From positions 121,279 to 185,278 of IMG/VR virus record IMGVR_UViG_3300048881_000698: 64,000 bases of DNA; one strand, 5' to 3'. Shown piece by piece: positions 19,938 to 29,484 of this stretch (its first letter is position 1; the number at the start of each line of letters is the position of its first letter). Origin of the DNA: a virus. Taxonomy: Duplodnaviria > Caudoviricetes. Position numbers and translations under genes: made by a program. The notes under the pieces were generated by a model. That model ran no database searches and was not told where the DNA came from. It was given only the letters and a program-made list of their open reading frames with translations.

Positions 19938-21629
19938 TTAAGATACGCTATTATATCCCTCTCGAATCTGCCTCACCTGTTCTTTAAAGCTTGGATAACC
20001 ATTATAGCTCTGATGCAGCTGTGAAGTTAAAATAAAAATATTTATTCCATATATTTGTGATCTGTATTCTAATATTTTCTCTTTTATTGTCTTCCAAGTT
20101 TCATGTTCATGTCCTGGTTCCGGCGGGCTTGAATTCCAGTCTCCTCCTGGAATTGTCCACGATACAGGCATAGAATTGGGAACAAGAAAAATTCCGTCCG
20201 GTGCACCATAATGTTTGCCATTAACTCTCTTAACGATTTCATTTGGGCTCGCTATTTCCAACCTAGGTTCTACCACATCAAAATAATCTAACAGCACAAT
20301 TGGGCTAATACATTCTATAAACCCACTAAACCAAATTCTAATACCAGGCACGTGTTTTCTAAGCTCATTAGAAAAGACTTTTGCAGTTAAATCATTCATG
20401 GCGAGGGCGGCGCCGGAACTTCTGGAGCCCGGGCGAGGATTTTTCTCTGAACCTACCCAACCTGGCCAACCTTGAAAAGCATCACGCTCAGCAACCCAAT
20501 GATAGTTGGTGATTCCAAGAAAATTAAGTTTTTTTGCAACGGCAATGGCCTCGGTTCTGGCCATGGCTATAGTTTCATGTTCATCTTGCGGTTTTTGCGT
20601 AAGGTTATAGACTTTTTTCCCAGAACCAAAAGCTTGTGCCCCTGAATATCCCCAACCATGTATTTCAAAATCTGATTTTCTTGCATGAGCTACCGTCAAT
20701 ATGTGTTCTATCTCTTCTCTAACAGTTCTTCCGGATAATCTTTTCGTATAATCATCTGATATCACACTTCCATCTCTTGCGGCAGCTCTTCCATGTAATT
20801 TAAAACTTAAATAATTTATGCCGGCATCGACAACTTTTTTAATCCAGTCGGTTGTCCAAAAAAAAGGCAATGGGCGGCCGGCTTTCATAGCATCTTTTTG
20901 ATATCTACCCTTCCATATCCAATCTGAAGCCATATAACAACCAACAACAGGCGATTTTTCGGGGTCGAGCGGTGGGGCCATTTTTGGTTCAGGCGAGATA
21001 TCAACAATATCATAAGGGTTGGGGAAAAACAATTTTCGATTTGCGGCCATATCCATCTTTTTTTTAAGCAATTCAATTGACCTTCCTATAGGGAGTGCCG
21101 CACTGGGTGCCATTAAACTGGATGGGTTTTCAGGAAGCAAAGTTGAAGAGGCCAATCCCAAATAAATAGGATCTCTTTGGAACGCTCTATTCCCAAAATC
21201 AACATAAACTATATCAGCTGGCTTTGGTATTGGTAGAGTTCCATCCCTTCCTATGAATGTCGTATGCAGGTTTATGGCATCCCAATCCGCTTCTTCATCG
21301 TTTGGGTCGTTGTCCACCGGTAATGATGAGGGCGTTTTTATTATATCTATTTCTGGAATTCTTGCTTTTACGAAAACAGTAGATTTTGGTGAGTCCATAA
21401 ATGAAGATTCTTCTACCCACGCATACAGAACACGTGCATGCAGTCGTTGGCCAAGATTATCAAATACCTTTGCTTTTTTGGATGTGATAATAGCATCTCT
21501 TGTAGCCGTTAAAAATGAATCATTTATCTTGCCACGAAATTCTGAGCTTTCGACTGGGTTCAAGTCTCCCCAATCGTCGGCAGCTGCTTGTCTAGCTAAC
21601 TGTCTCCCTAAATGTTCTTCATTAGGCAT
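19938..21629 (-). CDS. gp5-like OB-fold N-terminus fused to a putative TIM-barrel glycoside hydrolase
   Basis: VKARIPE...PIPKPADIVYVDF...PIYLG matches the gp5/VgrG OB-fold pattern. The C-terminal half alternates beta/alpha elements (GINYLSFKLHG, IHGWGYS, YHWVAE, IWFSG). Confidence 0.5.
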   Translation of the reverse strand: MPNEEHLGRQLARQAAADDWGDLNPVESSEFRGKINDSFLTATRDAIITSKKAKVFDNLGQRLHARVLYAWVEESSFMDSPKSTVFVKARIPEIDIIKTPSSLPVDNDPNDEEADWDAINLHTTFIGRDGTLPIPKPADIVYVDFGNRAFQRDPIYLGLASSTLLPENPSSLMAPSAALPIGRSIELLKKKMDMAANRKLFFPNPYDIVDISPEPKMAPPLDPEKSPVVGCYMASDWIWKGRYQKDAMKAGRPLPFFWTTDWIKKVVDAGINYLSFKLHGRAAARDGSVISDDYTKRLSGRTVREEIEHILTVAHARKSDFEIHGWGYSGAQAFGSGKKVYNLTQKPQDEHETIAMARTEAIAVAKKLNFLGITNYHWVAERDAFQGWPGWVGSEKNPRPGSRSSGAALAMNDLTAKVFSNELRKHVPGIRIWFSGFIECISPIVLLDYFDVVEPRLEIASPNEIVKRVNGKHYGAPDGIFLVPNSMPVSWTIPGGDWNSSPPEPGHEHETWKTIKEKILEYRSQIYGINIFILTSQLHQSYNGYPSFKEQVRQIREGYNSVS

Positions 21630-21918
21630 CTGTTCCGTTACCTTGAATTAAATCAAATAATTCTTGTTTATCTTCACTTGTAAGATTCTCTGATTTAGAT
21701 TCTCTTTTTTGCAAAAGTGCAATAATTTTTACTAATTGTTCGTTAGACCTCTGCAGTGTTTCCACATATTTCGCGGCGACTTGACCAACTTTTTCATGAC
21801 TTTTTTCGTCTGTAGCTAGAAATCGTAAAACATCTTTGAGAAGATCTTTTGTAACCTTTCGATCCTCGTGGATGTTTTCAATAGCTTCTTGTAAATATTT
21901 TTCTAAATCTTTTTTCAT
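21622..21918 (-). CDS. Small helical phage protein, first gene of the baseplate block
   Basis: 98 aa, coiled-coil-like, overlaps the next gene. Confidence 0.7.
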   Translation of the reverse strand: MKKDLEKYLQEAIENIHEDRKVTKDLLKDVLRFLATDEKSHEKVGQVAAKYVETLQRSNEQLVKIIALLQKRESKSENLTSEDKQELFDLIQGNGTDA

Positions 21919-21944
21919 AATAAAAACCCACTCTTAATAACACA

Positions 21945-21952
21945 ATAAATAG
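21945..21952 (-). promoter_or_regulatory. Candidate phage late-promoter motif CTATTTAT
   Basis: In the short gap heading the structural block; the same octamer occurs at 46170-46177 (-) and 46592-46599 (+). Confidence 0.45.
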
Positions 21953-21959
21953 GCTTTTA

Positions 21960-22649
21960 TTATATTTTTCCTTTATTCCAATCATCCTTAAAATTTCTAT
22001 ATCTGGCTCTCATCTTATTAAGACTATTAACAACTTGTTTTGTATTTAATCCAGTTAGCTCTCTAAGATAAAGATATATGGCTTTTTTATTAAAAATTTC
22101 AATTCTATCTGAATTTGTGAGTAAAATTTTAATAGCTTCTAGAACTTTTCTTTCATTTGGTTTTAAATCCTCAGTATCCCATGATTGTATTTCTTTCCAA
22201 AGTTTGTCCCAAAATTCTTCTAATTCTTTTATTTGTTCATAATTGTTCTCTACTGATAAATAAGTTTGTTCTAGTCTCTTGCTTAAATCGTCGAACTGTA
22301 TCTCTCTCTTTTTTCGTTGGGTATCTTTTTTGACCTTGTGAATAAACCAATTTTTTGTAATGACACTAAAATAAGAAAAGGCTTTTGAGCCTTTGTTTGG
22401 GTCATATTTATCTAAAATCGTAGTAAGCCAAATTTTACATTCTTCACGTAAAATATCAATATTTGGAAGTGTGGAAAATTTATATGTATACACAATTTTA
22501 TCCACCATCTCACTAAAAGCCGGCTGAATGTATATAATATACAATTGTTCTTTGTCTTTTCTATTTACACTATTCGCATATTTGACTACGGCGTTTTCGT
22601 GCTCTTTTGTAAAGTAATATTTTCCTGCCTTATTCGACTTCTTCGGCAT
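21960..22649 (-). CDS. Phage RNA polymerase sigma factor (T4 gp55-like, probably late)
   Basis: LDKYDPNKGSKAFSYFSVITKNWFI is sigma region 2-like; C-terminal HTH-like LRELTGLNTKQVVNSLNKMR. Likely start is MPKK at 22649, after a GGAAG RBS. Confidence 0.75.
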   Translation of the reverse strand: MPKKSNKAGKYYFTKEHENAVVKYANSVNRKDKEQLYIIYIQPAFSEMVDKIVYTYKFSTLPNIDILREECKIWLTTILDKYDPNKGSKAFSYFSVITKNWFIHKVKKDTQRKKREIQFDDLSKRLEQTYLSVENNYEQIKELEEFWDKLWKEIQSWDTEDLKPNERKVLEAIKILLTNSDRIEIFNKKAIYLYLRELTGLNTKQVVNSLNKMRARYRNFKDDWNKGKI

Positions 22650-22935
22650 ATTCTTCCCCGCCTTCCGGAGCAGGAATATAAATTTTTTCAAATTCTTCCA
22701 ATTCCGTTACAATTTCTTTAGAATGGCCGATTAAATTTTTAATTATTTCGTCGCCATAATAAGTTTCCATGTTATAGATTCGTTCTAAGTGTCCGGAAAA
22801 ATTACGTGCTGATTGTAATAGATCGTCTATGTTATCAGAGACAAACAGAAGCTTAAACAAAATTTTGCGGATATACCATAAAAGAAGAACGTTCAAAGCC
22901 AAAGACAAGGATAAAAATATTGCAAGATAAATCAT
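22630..22935 (-). CDS. Small membrane-anchored protein
   Basis: N-terminal hydrophobic helix MIYLAIFLSLSLALNVLLLWY. Confidence 0.7.
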   Translation of the reverse strand: MIYLAIFLSLSLALNVLLLWYIRKILFKLLFVSDNIDDLLQSARNFSGHLERIYNMETYYGDEIIKNLIGHSKEIVTELEEFEKIYIPAPEGGEEYAEEVE

Positions 22936-23183
22936 TGTTTATATTCCTGCTTTTTTAACCTTTGCTTCTCTTTTTTAACTTCATTTTTGGTTTCTTCAAT
23001 AAATTTCTTTACTTCCTGACCTTTTTTTGTCTTTTTTACTGTTTTTCTGTTAATCACTGCTGGCACTTTCTTAAGTTCTCCATCACACTCAAAAAAACTA
23101 CATTTTTCTAGTTTTTCATTCATCGAATGTCTTACTTCGAAAACCTTTTCACATTTTTTACAAATGTAAGTATATTTAGGCAT
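22932..23183 (-). CDS. FmdB-family zinc-ribbon protein
   Basis: MPKYTYICKKCEKVFEVRHSM...KCSFFECDG; real start is probably MPKY at 23183. Confidence 0.85.
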   Translation of the reverse strand: MPKYTYICKKCEKVFEVRHSMNEKLEKCSFFECDGELKKVPAVINRKTVKKTKKGQEVKKFIEETKNEVKKEKQRLKKQEYKQ

Positions 23184-23403
23184 CTTCTTGAGTTGCTGAT
23201 TCGAGCGCTTCCATGTCATCGTGTGAAAATTTGACAATTGGCGGATTCAAGACAACTAAATCTCCATCGCTGTCGACAAACTTGAAACTCTTCAACACTG
23301 GAACGATGTCGCTTTGTTCCATTAAACTCTTTTGCAGTGCCATCATTACAGCTCCTAAAGCCTGATCTGAAAGATGCAGTTCGTTTGTTTTTGTATCACT
23401 CAT
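23176..23403 (-). CDS. Hypothetical phage protein
   Basis: 75 aa, AGGAG RBS, packed between neighbours. Confidence 0.7.
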   Translation of the reverse strand: MSDTKTNELHLSDQALGAVMMALQKSLMEQSDIVPVLKSFKFVDSDGDLVVLNPPIVKFSHDDMEALESATQEDA

Positions 23404-23404
23404 A

Positions 23405-24253
23405 CTAATTCTCCTTTATTACTGCTCGTCCTTTAAGTTTTTCCCAATCTTTTTCCGGACGAATTTCTAGATTGGTTTGCCATGCAGCTTTAAGTGTGTT
23501 TAGGCTAATCCCAACACTATCAGCTAAAGCTATAAAAGCATTTAAGTCTTTTGGAAGACAACTTCCTCCAAAGCCCAATTTTCCATCTGGGCCTGGTACA
23601 TGTAAATGAGAATCTGCTACACGACCATCGGCAACAAAGCCACGTAATGCATCATCCCAGTTAACTCCTATTTCTTCGGCAAAAAGTCTCGTCTCATTAG
23701 CGAAAGAAACTTTCAAAGCAAAGAACACGTTCCCTAGATATTTTATAAATTCGGCTGTTCTGGGGTCCGTTTTTACAAAATTGCAATGATTAAACCGGTT
23801 TATATAAAGGCCAACAACTTTCTGCACCGACCTGAAGTCTCCCCCCAAAACGACCCTTGACTGATTCAAAAAATCAAATTTGGCTTTTCTCTCTGTTAAG
23901 AATTCTGGATTGTATACAAAATTAAGAGATGGGAATTTCTCTTTTAAAAAATCAGTTGTTCCCGGGACAACAGTTGACTTCAAAACCACTACATTGTCTT
24001 TTCTTATGTTCGCATCATCAATTTTTGTAATAACATCGTTGATGATATCTAAGTTTATTGAGCCATCCGGATTCATGGGCGTGGGCACAGACACAAAAAG
24101 TATATCGGATCTGTTTACCGTTTCTTTAAACTCATCGACGCATTTCAAAGGATCCAAATCATAAATTCTAATTTTAGCTACGGGACTGAAGCCGTAAGCC
24201 AAAGCCTGCCCAACAAAGCCATTGCCAATAATGCCGACATTATATTTTGTCAT
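23405..24253 (-). CDS. ugd: UDP-glucose/GDP-mannose 6-dehydrogenase family (short form lacking the C-terminal domain)
   Basis: GIIGNGFVG, SVPTP, KSTVVPGTT, YNPEFLTE, GFGGSCLPKD. Confidence 0.88.
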   Translation of the reverse strand: MTKYNVGIIGNGFVGQALAYGFSPVAKIRIYDLDPLKCVDEFKETVNRSDILFVSVPTPMNPDGSINLDIINDVITKIDDANIRKDNVVVLKSTVVPGTTDFLKEKFPSLNFVYNPEFLTERKAKFDFLNQSRVVLGGDFRSVQKVVGLYINRFNHCNFVKTDPRTAEFIKYLGNVFFALKVSFANETRLFAEEIGVNWDDALRGFVADGRVADSHLHVPGPDGKLGFGGSCLPKDLNAFIALADSVGISLNTLKAAWQTNLEIRPEKDWEKLKGRAVIKEN

Positions 24254-25103
24254 TTTCTACTCCTTTGAAACACCGGTTCAGACCTTCACTTAATTTGACC
24301 TTCACTCTCCAACCTAATTCGGCCAATGGTCCTGTATCGGCCTTAGTGTATAAAACATCGCCTGGTCGTGGTGATCTATATTCAAACGATACATCCGGAT
24401 GGTATTCTCTTACTATTCCTTTCAGCTCGTTTAATGATATGTTTGTTCCGGTGCCAACATCGTAATGGGCGCCGTTAAATTCATCGTCGTATTCCATGCA
24501 GAAAATGTTTGCAGCGACTGCGTCGTGAACATACAACATATCTCTTCTCTGTTCTCCGTCTCCGGTAATAAATGGAGTTTCTCCTTCGCGGATGTATTCC
24601 ATCCAATTAGCGACGGCTGTTGCATAAGGGCCGTCAACAGTCTGGTCTTCCGAGTATACATTAAAGTATCTTAAGCCAACAGTATCGACGCCATAAAGAT
24701 CTGCATACAATTTGCACTCCATCTCCGTAACCAACTTCTGTAAACCATACGGACTAGTTGGCCCATCGCCATTACCAACAACTGAGGAAGAGCTTGAATA
24801 TATTACACGTTTTGCTTTCACTTGTCTGGCAAAGTTTAATACAATGCTACCGGCCATAACATTATTTTGCATTGTCGATACTGGATTTTCGACACTATAT
24901 GCAACTCTCGGAATGCATGCTAAGTGAAAAATATACTCCGGAGAGAAAGAGGAAAGATCTTCAAGACAGCCCGGGAGCAAGATATCATCGTCGGGTGAAT
25001 CTTTCATATCGACGCCAACAACATCGTGTCCTTGTTTTTTTAATTCGGCGTAGAGCCGACTACCAATATATCCCTTGTGCCCGGTTACTAAACATCTAGC
25101 CAT
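24240..25103 (-). CDS. NAD-dependent nucleotide-sugar epimerase/dehydratase
   Basis: LVTGHKGYIGS, SSSS, YGLQK (YxxxK), LRYFNVY, GDGEQRRD. Confidence 0.92.
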   Translation of the reverse strand: MARCLVTGHKGYIGSRLYAELKKQGHDVVGVDMKDSPDDDILLPGCLEDLSSFSPEYIFHLACIPRVAYSVENPVSTMQNNVMAGSIVLNFARQVKAKRVIYSSSSSVVGNGDGPTSPYGLQKLVTEMECKLYADLYGVDTVGLRYFNVYSEDQTVDGPYATAVANWMEYIREGETPFITGDGEQRRDMLYVHDAVAANIFCMEYDDEFNGAHYDVGTGTNISLNELKGIVREYHPDVSFEYRSPRPGDVLYTKADTGPLAELGWRVKVKLSEGLNRCFKGVENDKI

Positions 25104-25776
25104 TATCTACCTCCGCCAATCTATTATCGTATCTCTCTACTTCTTTTTTGTTATTGGTTCTATTATTTTCATGCATTCGATATTTGTATAAAGGCATCAA
25201 CAAATTGTACAAATTATATTTTTCTTTATATCTTGTCAAAAGCTCGTGACCTTCGCGCATTTTAAATTCTTCGTTATAAAAACCTATGCTACACAAAGAT
25301 TCATATGTAAACATTGTACCACAAGCAATAGGTTCTTCTGAAGATAGATGTCTGCTTAGAATGTTTCCAGCATTGTCAACTTTAAAATAATCACAAGCAG
25401 TAGCTTGGTAACTTTGACCGTCGCCCATTACCCTAGGGCCAGAGTTCATATCAAGAAAAGTGGAAAGTATATATAAGAAATGTTTCGACACATAATCATC
25501 TGAATCTACCCTGACAAAGTATTTTCCTAAAGAATTCTTAAGGACCATGTTTAACGATCCTGGTAGTCCGATATTCTCCGTATTATTTATTAATTTTATA
25601 TTCAAATATTCTTCTAGTGGTTTGCAAACTTCTTCTAATTGTTCTTCCGGATCATCATTTACAATAATAACTTCAAATTCATCCTTTGAAATTGTTTGCT
25701 TAGACAAACTTCTAAGGCAGCGATAAAGCCATTTTTTTTGTTTGTAACAACATATACCAACTGTTATCTTATACAT
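25096..25776 (-). CDS. Glycosyltransferase family 2
   Basis: EVIIVND, NIGLPGSLN, YFVRVDSDD (DxD motif). Confidence 0.9.
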   Translation of the reverse strand: MYKITVGICCYKQKKWLYRCLRSLSKQTISKDEFEVIIVNDDPEEQLEEVCKPLEEYLNIKLINNTENIGLPGSLNMVLKNSLGKYFVRVDSDDYVSKHFLYILSTFLDMNSGPRVMGDGQSYQATACDYFKVDNAGNILSRHLSSEEPIACGTMFTYESLCSIGFYNEEFKMREGHELLTRYKEKYNLYNLLMPLYKYRMHENNRTNNKKEVERYDNRLAEVDNG

Positions 25777-26669
25777 CTTTTACACAATTTTAATATCGCT
25801 TCTAAAGCTTTGGATTGGCTTTCTACTGTTGCTCCTGCAACGTGTGGAGTAATCGTAACACCATCATAATCTAGATTAAAAAGCTTAGATTGATAAAGCG
25901 ACCTTATATCTTGCTCGCCGGAGAGAACATCAGCCGAGTATTTAATCTCGTCATTAATGATCAAATCATAAATATAATCTTCGTTAACCACTTCGCCTCG
26001 CGAGGTATTCACCACTATTAAACCCGTCTTGAAATTGTCTAAAGTTTCATAAGTTATTAGTTCTCTAGTCTCATCAGTTAAGTAACAGTTAATTGAAAGT
26101 ATATCACAATCCTTTAAGTCATTTAAATTATCAACTTTATTAAATATATTTCCCTCGCTTACATACGGATCGTACCAAAATGCTTCCACTCCAAAGGCTT
26201 TAGCATAATTTAAAAGTTTTTTTCCTATTCTTCCCATACCAATAATGCCTAGTTTTTTACCATATAATTCGTTGGATCTCAAAAGTTTCTCATTTTCTCG
26301 CCAACTATTTTTATTATTAACAGCTAAGTTAAATTTTCGGACGGCATTCATTATGTGAAGCCATGTAAATTCAGCAGAAGCGTGAATATTTTCCAAAGAC
26401 TCTCTGTCATCCAATAAACATTTTACAGAAATATTATTTTGTGCAAGATATTCGATATCAATATGATTAATGCCTGTTGAAGGTGTGCCAACAACTTTCA
26501 AATATTTAAACTGATTCAGATACTCGGGTCCTATAAATTCGCTTGTGCCAGGATTGACAATCACACACTCAGAATCTAGGCCGGCCAACGTGGAATCAAC
26601 TTTTTGTAGCAACAACTCCAGCCCCGTATCGCAAATAAAATCCGTAGGACAATCTAATTTAACTTTCAT
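25764..26669 (-). CDS. D-isomer-specific 2-hydroxyacid dehydrogenase (SerA-like)
   Basis: GIIGMGRIG, VNTSRGEVV, TPHVAGAT. Confidence 0.9.
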   Translation of the reverse strand: MKVKLDCPTDFICDTGLELLLQKVDSTLAGLDSECVIVNPGTSEFIGPEYLNQFKYLKVVGTPSTGINHIDIEYLAQNNISVKCLLDDRESLENIHASAEFTWLHIMNAVRKFNLAVNNKNSWRENEKLLRSNELYGKKLGIIGMGRIGKKLLNYAKAFGVEAFWYDPYVSEGNIFNKVDNLNDLKDCDILSINCYLTDETRELITYETLDNFKTGLIVVNTSRGEVVNEDYIYDLIINDEIKYSADVLSGEQDIRSLYQSKLFNLDYDGVTITPHVAGATVESQSKALEAILKLCKRCIR

Positions 26670-27363
26670 TTTTTTCCCTCAAAAGTAGTTCGGCAAGTTT
26701 AAAATCTAACGCAGTGTCGATATTAACTGACTCTAATTCGCCCATAATATACGGTCTGCAGATTTTTCCATGGCGTGAAAAATCCCTAACAATGCAATCT
26801 CTGGTCATTGCATAAATTGCGCCATTTCGAATATAACATGGCTCAAGGTCTTGCCGTCGGCTCCCCTCTCCTTCAGGGAATTCTTTACAAAAATCTGATA
26901 TTTTATCACCTGATATTCGTTTCATTCTTGTTGGGTGTTTATCTTGCATTTGAGTAACCGATGTTACACTATCACAATTGCCAGTTTTAAGTTTTCTATA
27001 TGCTTCTTTAATATGTTTATCAGTTCTCAAAGGAGCAACACATGGAAGCTCAACAACATAATCATATTTTATGTCATAAACTTCCTCGCACTCCAAAACT
27101 GCATGTTTTAAAGCATCGCGAGACCATACATAATCTTGCGCGAGGGCGTCTGGTCTCATAAACGGCACCTCTGCGCCATATTGGCTAGCTATTCCGGCGA
27201 TTTCTTCCGAATCGGTACTGACTATATAATTTGTAAAAATGTCGGAATCTAATGCTGCCTCAATTGTATATGCAATCAAAGGTTTGTTATTCAACAATTT
27301 AATGTTTTTTTTAGGAACCCCTTTTGACCCGCCTCTAGCTAACGTTACACCTAATACTTTCAA
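26659..27363 (-). CDS. neuA: CMP-nonulosonate synthetase (acylneuraminate cytidylyltransferase)
   Basis: ARGGSKGVPKKNIK, VSTDSEEI, PLR, NGAIY, NIDTALD. Confidence 0.92.
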   Translation of the reverse strand: MKVLGVTLARGGSKGVPKKNIKLLNNKPLIAYTIEAALDSDIFTNYIVSTDSEEIAGIASQYGAEVPFMRPDALAQDYVWSRDALKHAVLECEEVYDIKYDYVVELPCVAPLRTDKHIKEAYRKLKTGNCDSVTSVTQMQDKHPTRMKRISGDKISDFCKEFPEGEGSRRQDLEPCYIRNGAIYAMTRDCIVRDFSRHGKICRPYIMGELESVNIDTALDFKLAELLLREKNES

Positions 27364-28021
27364 ACTGATCTCCGTATTCTCTCAATAATTTAAGTTCTTC
27401 CAAAGTCATAGAGCCAATATGATCATTGCCATTCATGCCTTTGTTAAGAGTGAAATGTTTTTCTATTACTCTTGCTCCGTGTGCAATATTATACAATGCA
27501 TAAGAAATTCCATAAGAGTGATCACTTAACCCAACTATTTTATCACTATACTCAAAATTTTTAAAATCTAAAATACTTGTCGGATACTTGGAAATACAAT
27601 TTAAGTATTTTATATTGTTGCCATCAAACGGCATGCCGCTTCCTTCCCAAAAGCCTAAGGATATATAAACAGGTTTTTTGGTTGCAATAATTTGTTTACA
27701 CAGATCTGATTCTTTTACAACTGTCCTGCTGGCTATTTTATACAGCTCGACGTTTAATTTCTCGCACCATTCTAATTTCTCTTCGTCGAACACCGACGCG
27801 AAAAAGACAATTCCATAATGTTCACAAATTTGTTTTATTTTACGAACTTCTTTAAATGTAAATTCATTTTGTCTTCGTGACTCATCACCAAAGACTCTTT
27901 CAGAATTGTAAAGCTGAAATTTTGCATAATCTGCTCCTCCGATTTTTGATTGACGAATTAATTCTTCTATTTTCCGAAAATCGCCATTATGATTAATACC
28001 TATTTCTGATATGATTTTCAT
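27335..28021 (-). CDS. neuB: N-acetylneuraminate/nonulosonate synthase (no C-terminal SAF domain)
   Basis: IISEIGINHNG, AKFQ, YKIAS, CISKYP, GLSDHS, IEKHFTL, NDH. Confidence 0.92.
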   Translation of the reverse strand: MKIISEIGINHNGDFRKIEELIRQSKIGGADYAKFQLYNSERVFGDESRRQNEFTFKEVRKIKQICEHYGIVFFASVFDEEKLEWCEKLNVELYKIASRTVVKESDLCKQIIATKKPVYISLGFWEGSGMPFDGNNIKYLNCISKYPTSILDFKNFEYSDKIVGLSDHSYGISYALYNIAHGARVIEKHFTLNKGMNGNDHIGSMTLEELKLLREYGDQFESIRCNVS

Positions 28022-28752
28022 ATATTTCTCACAAATAAAATATTTTTCATAGAAAACAGTTTTTTATGTTTATTTTTGGCAAACTCGTTGGCGTGGGTCA
28101 TTTGTATACTGTGGTTGCTTAAGAGGCCGCCTCTCTTTTTGTTCGGATCTAAATCTGTGTTGTACTTTTCAAATTTATCACAAATAGTAGAATATAGGTC
28201 CATGTATCTTGAATTTGAAAGAAACCAATAATCTATAATATGTGTTTTTTTTGTCGACGGAGAATACCTTTCATTATCATTTGAATAAAAATATTTCATG
28301 TCATAATCTTGAATATGAAGCTTTGTATCTTTCAAGACTATATCGTATCTGAGAACCATGACAGCGTCATATGTAAAATTTTCTTGCTCTTCCACTTTTT
28401 GTTTCAAGCCTATTACTTTTTTTGTCGAAGAGTACGAACTTAAAGCGCTAAATTCTAATTTTACATGCCGCGCAGTGAATCCGTCATCAATTTTCCTCTT
28501 CGTCTCAAATGGATATTGTTCTTCTATTGTGCTTTCTTTAGGCTGATATAGGGAAAGTAATTCCTCTTTCTGTCCCGAACTCCAAGAGTGTAAGAAAATG
28601 TCCACTTGATGGCCATCATCTCGGTTTGGTTGTATTATGCTTTCCATATGATATTTAAAGCCAATACTTGGGTCTAGCGCGGCGCCGATACTTGTGCTGC
28701 TTGTGTTATTTTTATAACCCACCAGCCCTTTAAAACATAATGCTATTTTCAT
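28018..28752 (-). CDS. Putative glycosyltransferase-like protein of polysaccharide loci
   Basis: MKIALCFKG, DIFLHSW, YDAVMVLRYD; genomic context. Confidence 0.55.
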   Translation of the reverse strand: MKIALCFKGLVGYKNNTSSTSIGAALDPSIGFKYHMESIIQPNRDDGHQVDIFLHSWSSGQKEELLSLYQPKESTIEEQYPFETKRKIDDGFTARHVKLEFSALSSYSSTKKVIGLKQKVEEQENFTYDAVMVLRYDIVLKDTKLHIQDYDMKYFYSNDNERYSPSTKKTHIIDYWFLSNSRYMDLYSTICDKFEKYNTDLDPNKKRGGLLSNHSIQMTHANEFAKNKHKKLFSMKNILFVRNI

Positions 28753-28764
28753 TCCTAAATTTTA

Positions 28765-29484
28765 TTATAAAACTAATTTGGCATCCAAACCATCTTGCCT
28801 AAATGATTTAGAAGTCTCAACGGAAAATTCATGTAAATTTTTTCCAATTCTATTTATTCGATCCATTGGTGCATCCGGAACTGTTATAATTTGACACCCT
28901 ACGTTTACCGCATCGAAAATATTAAGCACTCTCTGACAACCAGCCCAAAGAACTTCTATATTAGAATTTTCTGAATATAGTTCAACTGCTTGTTTAACAA
29001 TAGGTTCCGGATATACACCAGTATCTGAAATTCTTCCCGAGAAAATAGAAACGATTGTCGGCGTTTTTGTTTGCTTAAGTGACTCCCAAATTTTCTCAAT
29101 TTGCTGTGTGGTGTACACTGTTGTAATATTAATTTTCATTCCTTCATTGTTAAGCTTTTTTACCAATCCAACAGAAGATTCCCCTTCTGAATTAACGACA
29201 GGAATTTTAACATATACATTTTCTGCCCAACTAGAAATTTCCCTAGCTTGAGATTCCATCTCGGAAAGATCTTTTGCAAAAACTTGAAAAGAAATTGGCT
29301 TTCCATTTGCTAATTTAATTTTTTCTAAGGCAAACTGTTTGTAATCAGTAATTCCTGCTTGCTTTAAAAAAGAAATATTGGTTGTATACCCGCGCACATG
29401 CTGATTTTTACTATATTTTTCAATATTGTTGCCGTCGTAAAAAATCTTAATTTTCTCTAATTCGTTAATTTTTGACATCTTCAT
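28765..29484 (-). CDS. tal: Transaldolase (short TalC/FSA-type)
   Basis: GYTTN, ISFQV, NVYVKIP (Schiff-base Lys), SIFSGRISDTG, GCQIITVP. Confidence 0.9.
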   Translation of the reverse strand: MKMSKINELEKIKIFYDGNNIEKYSKNQHVRGYTTNISFLKQAGITDYKQFALEKIKLANGKPISFQVFAKDLSEMESQAREISSWAENVYVKIPVVNSEGESSVGLVKKLNNEGMKINITTVYTTQQIEKIWESLKQTKTPTIVSIFSGRISDTGVYPEPIVKQAVELYSENSNIEVLWAGCQRVLNIFDAVNVGCQIITVPDAPMDRINRIGKNLHEFSVETSKSFRQDGLDAKLVL

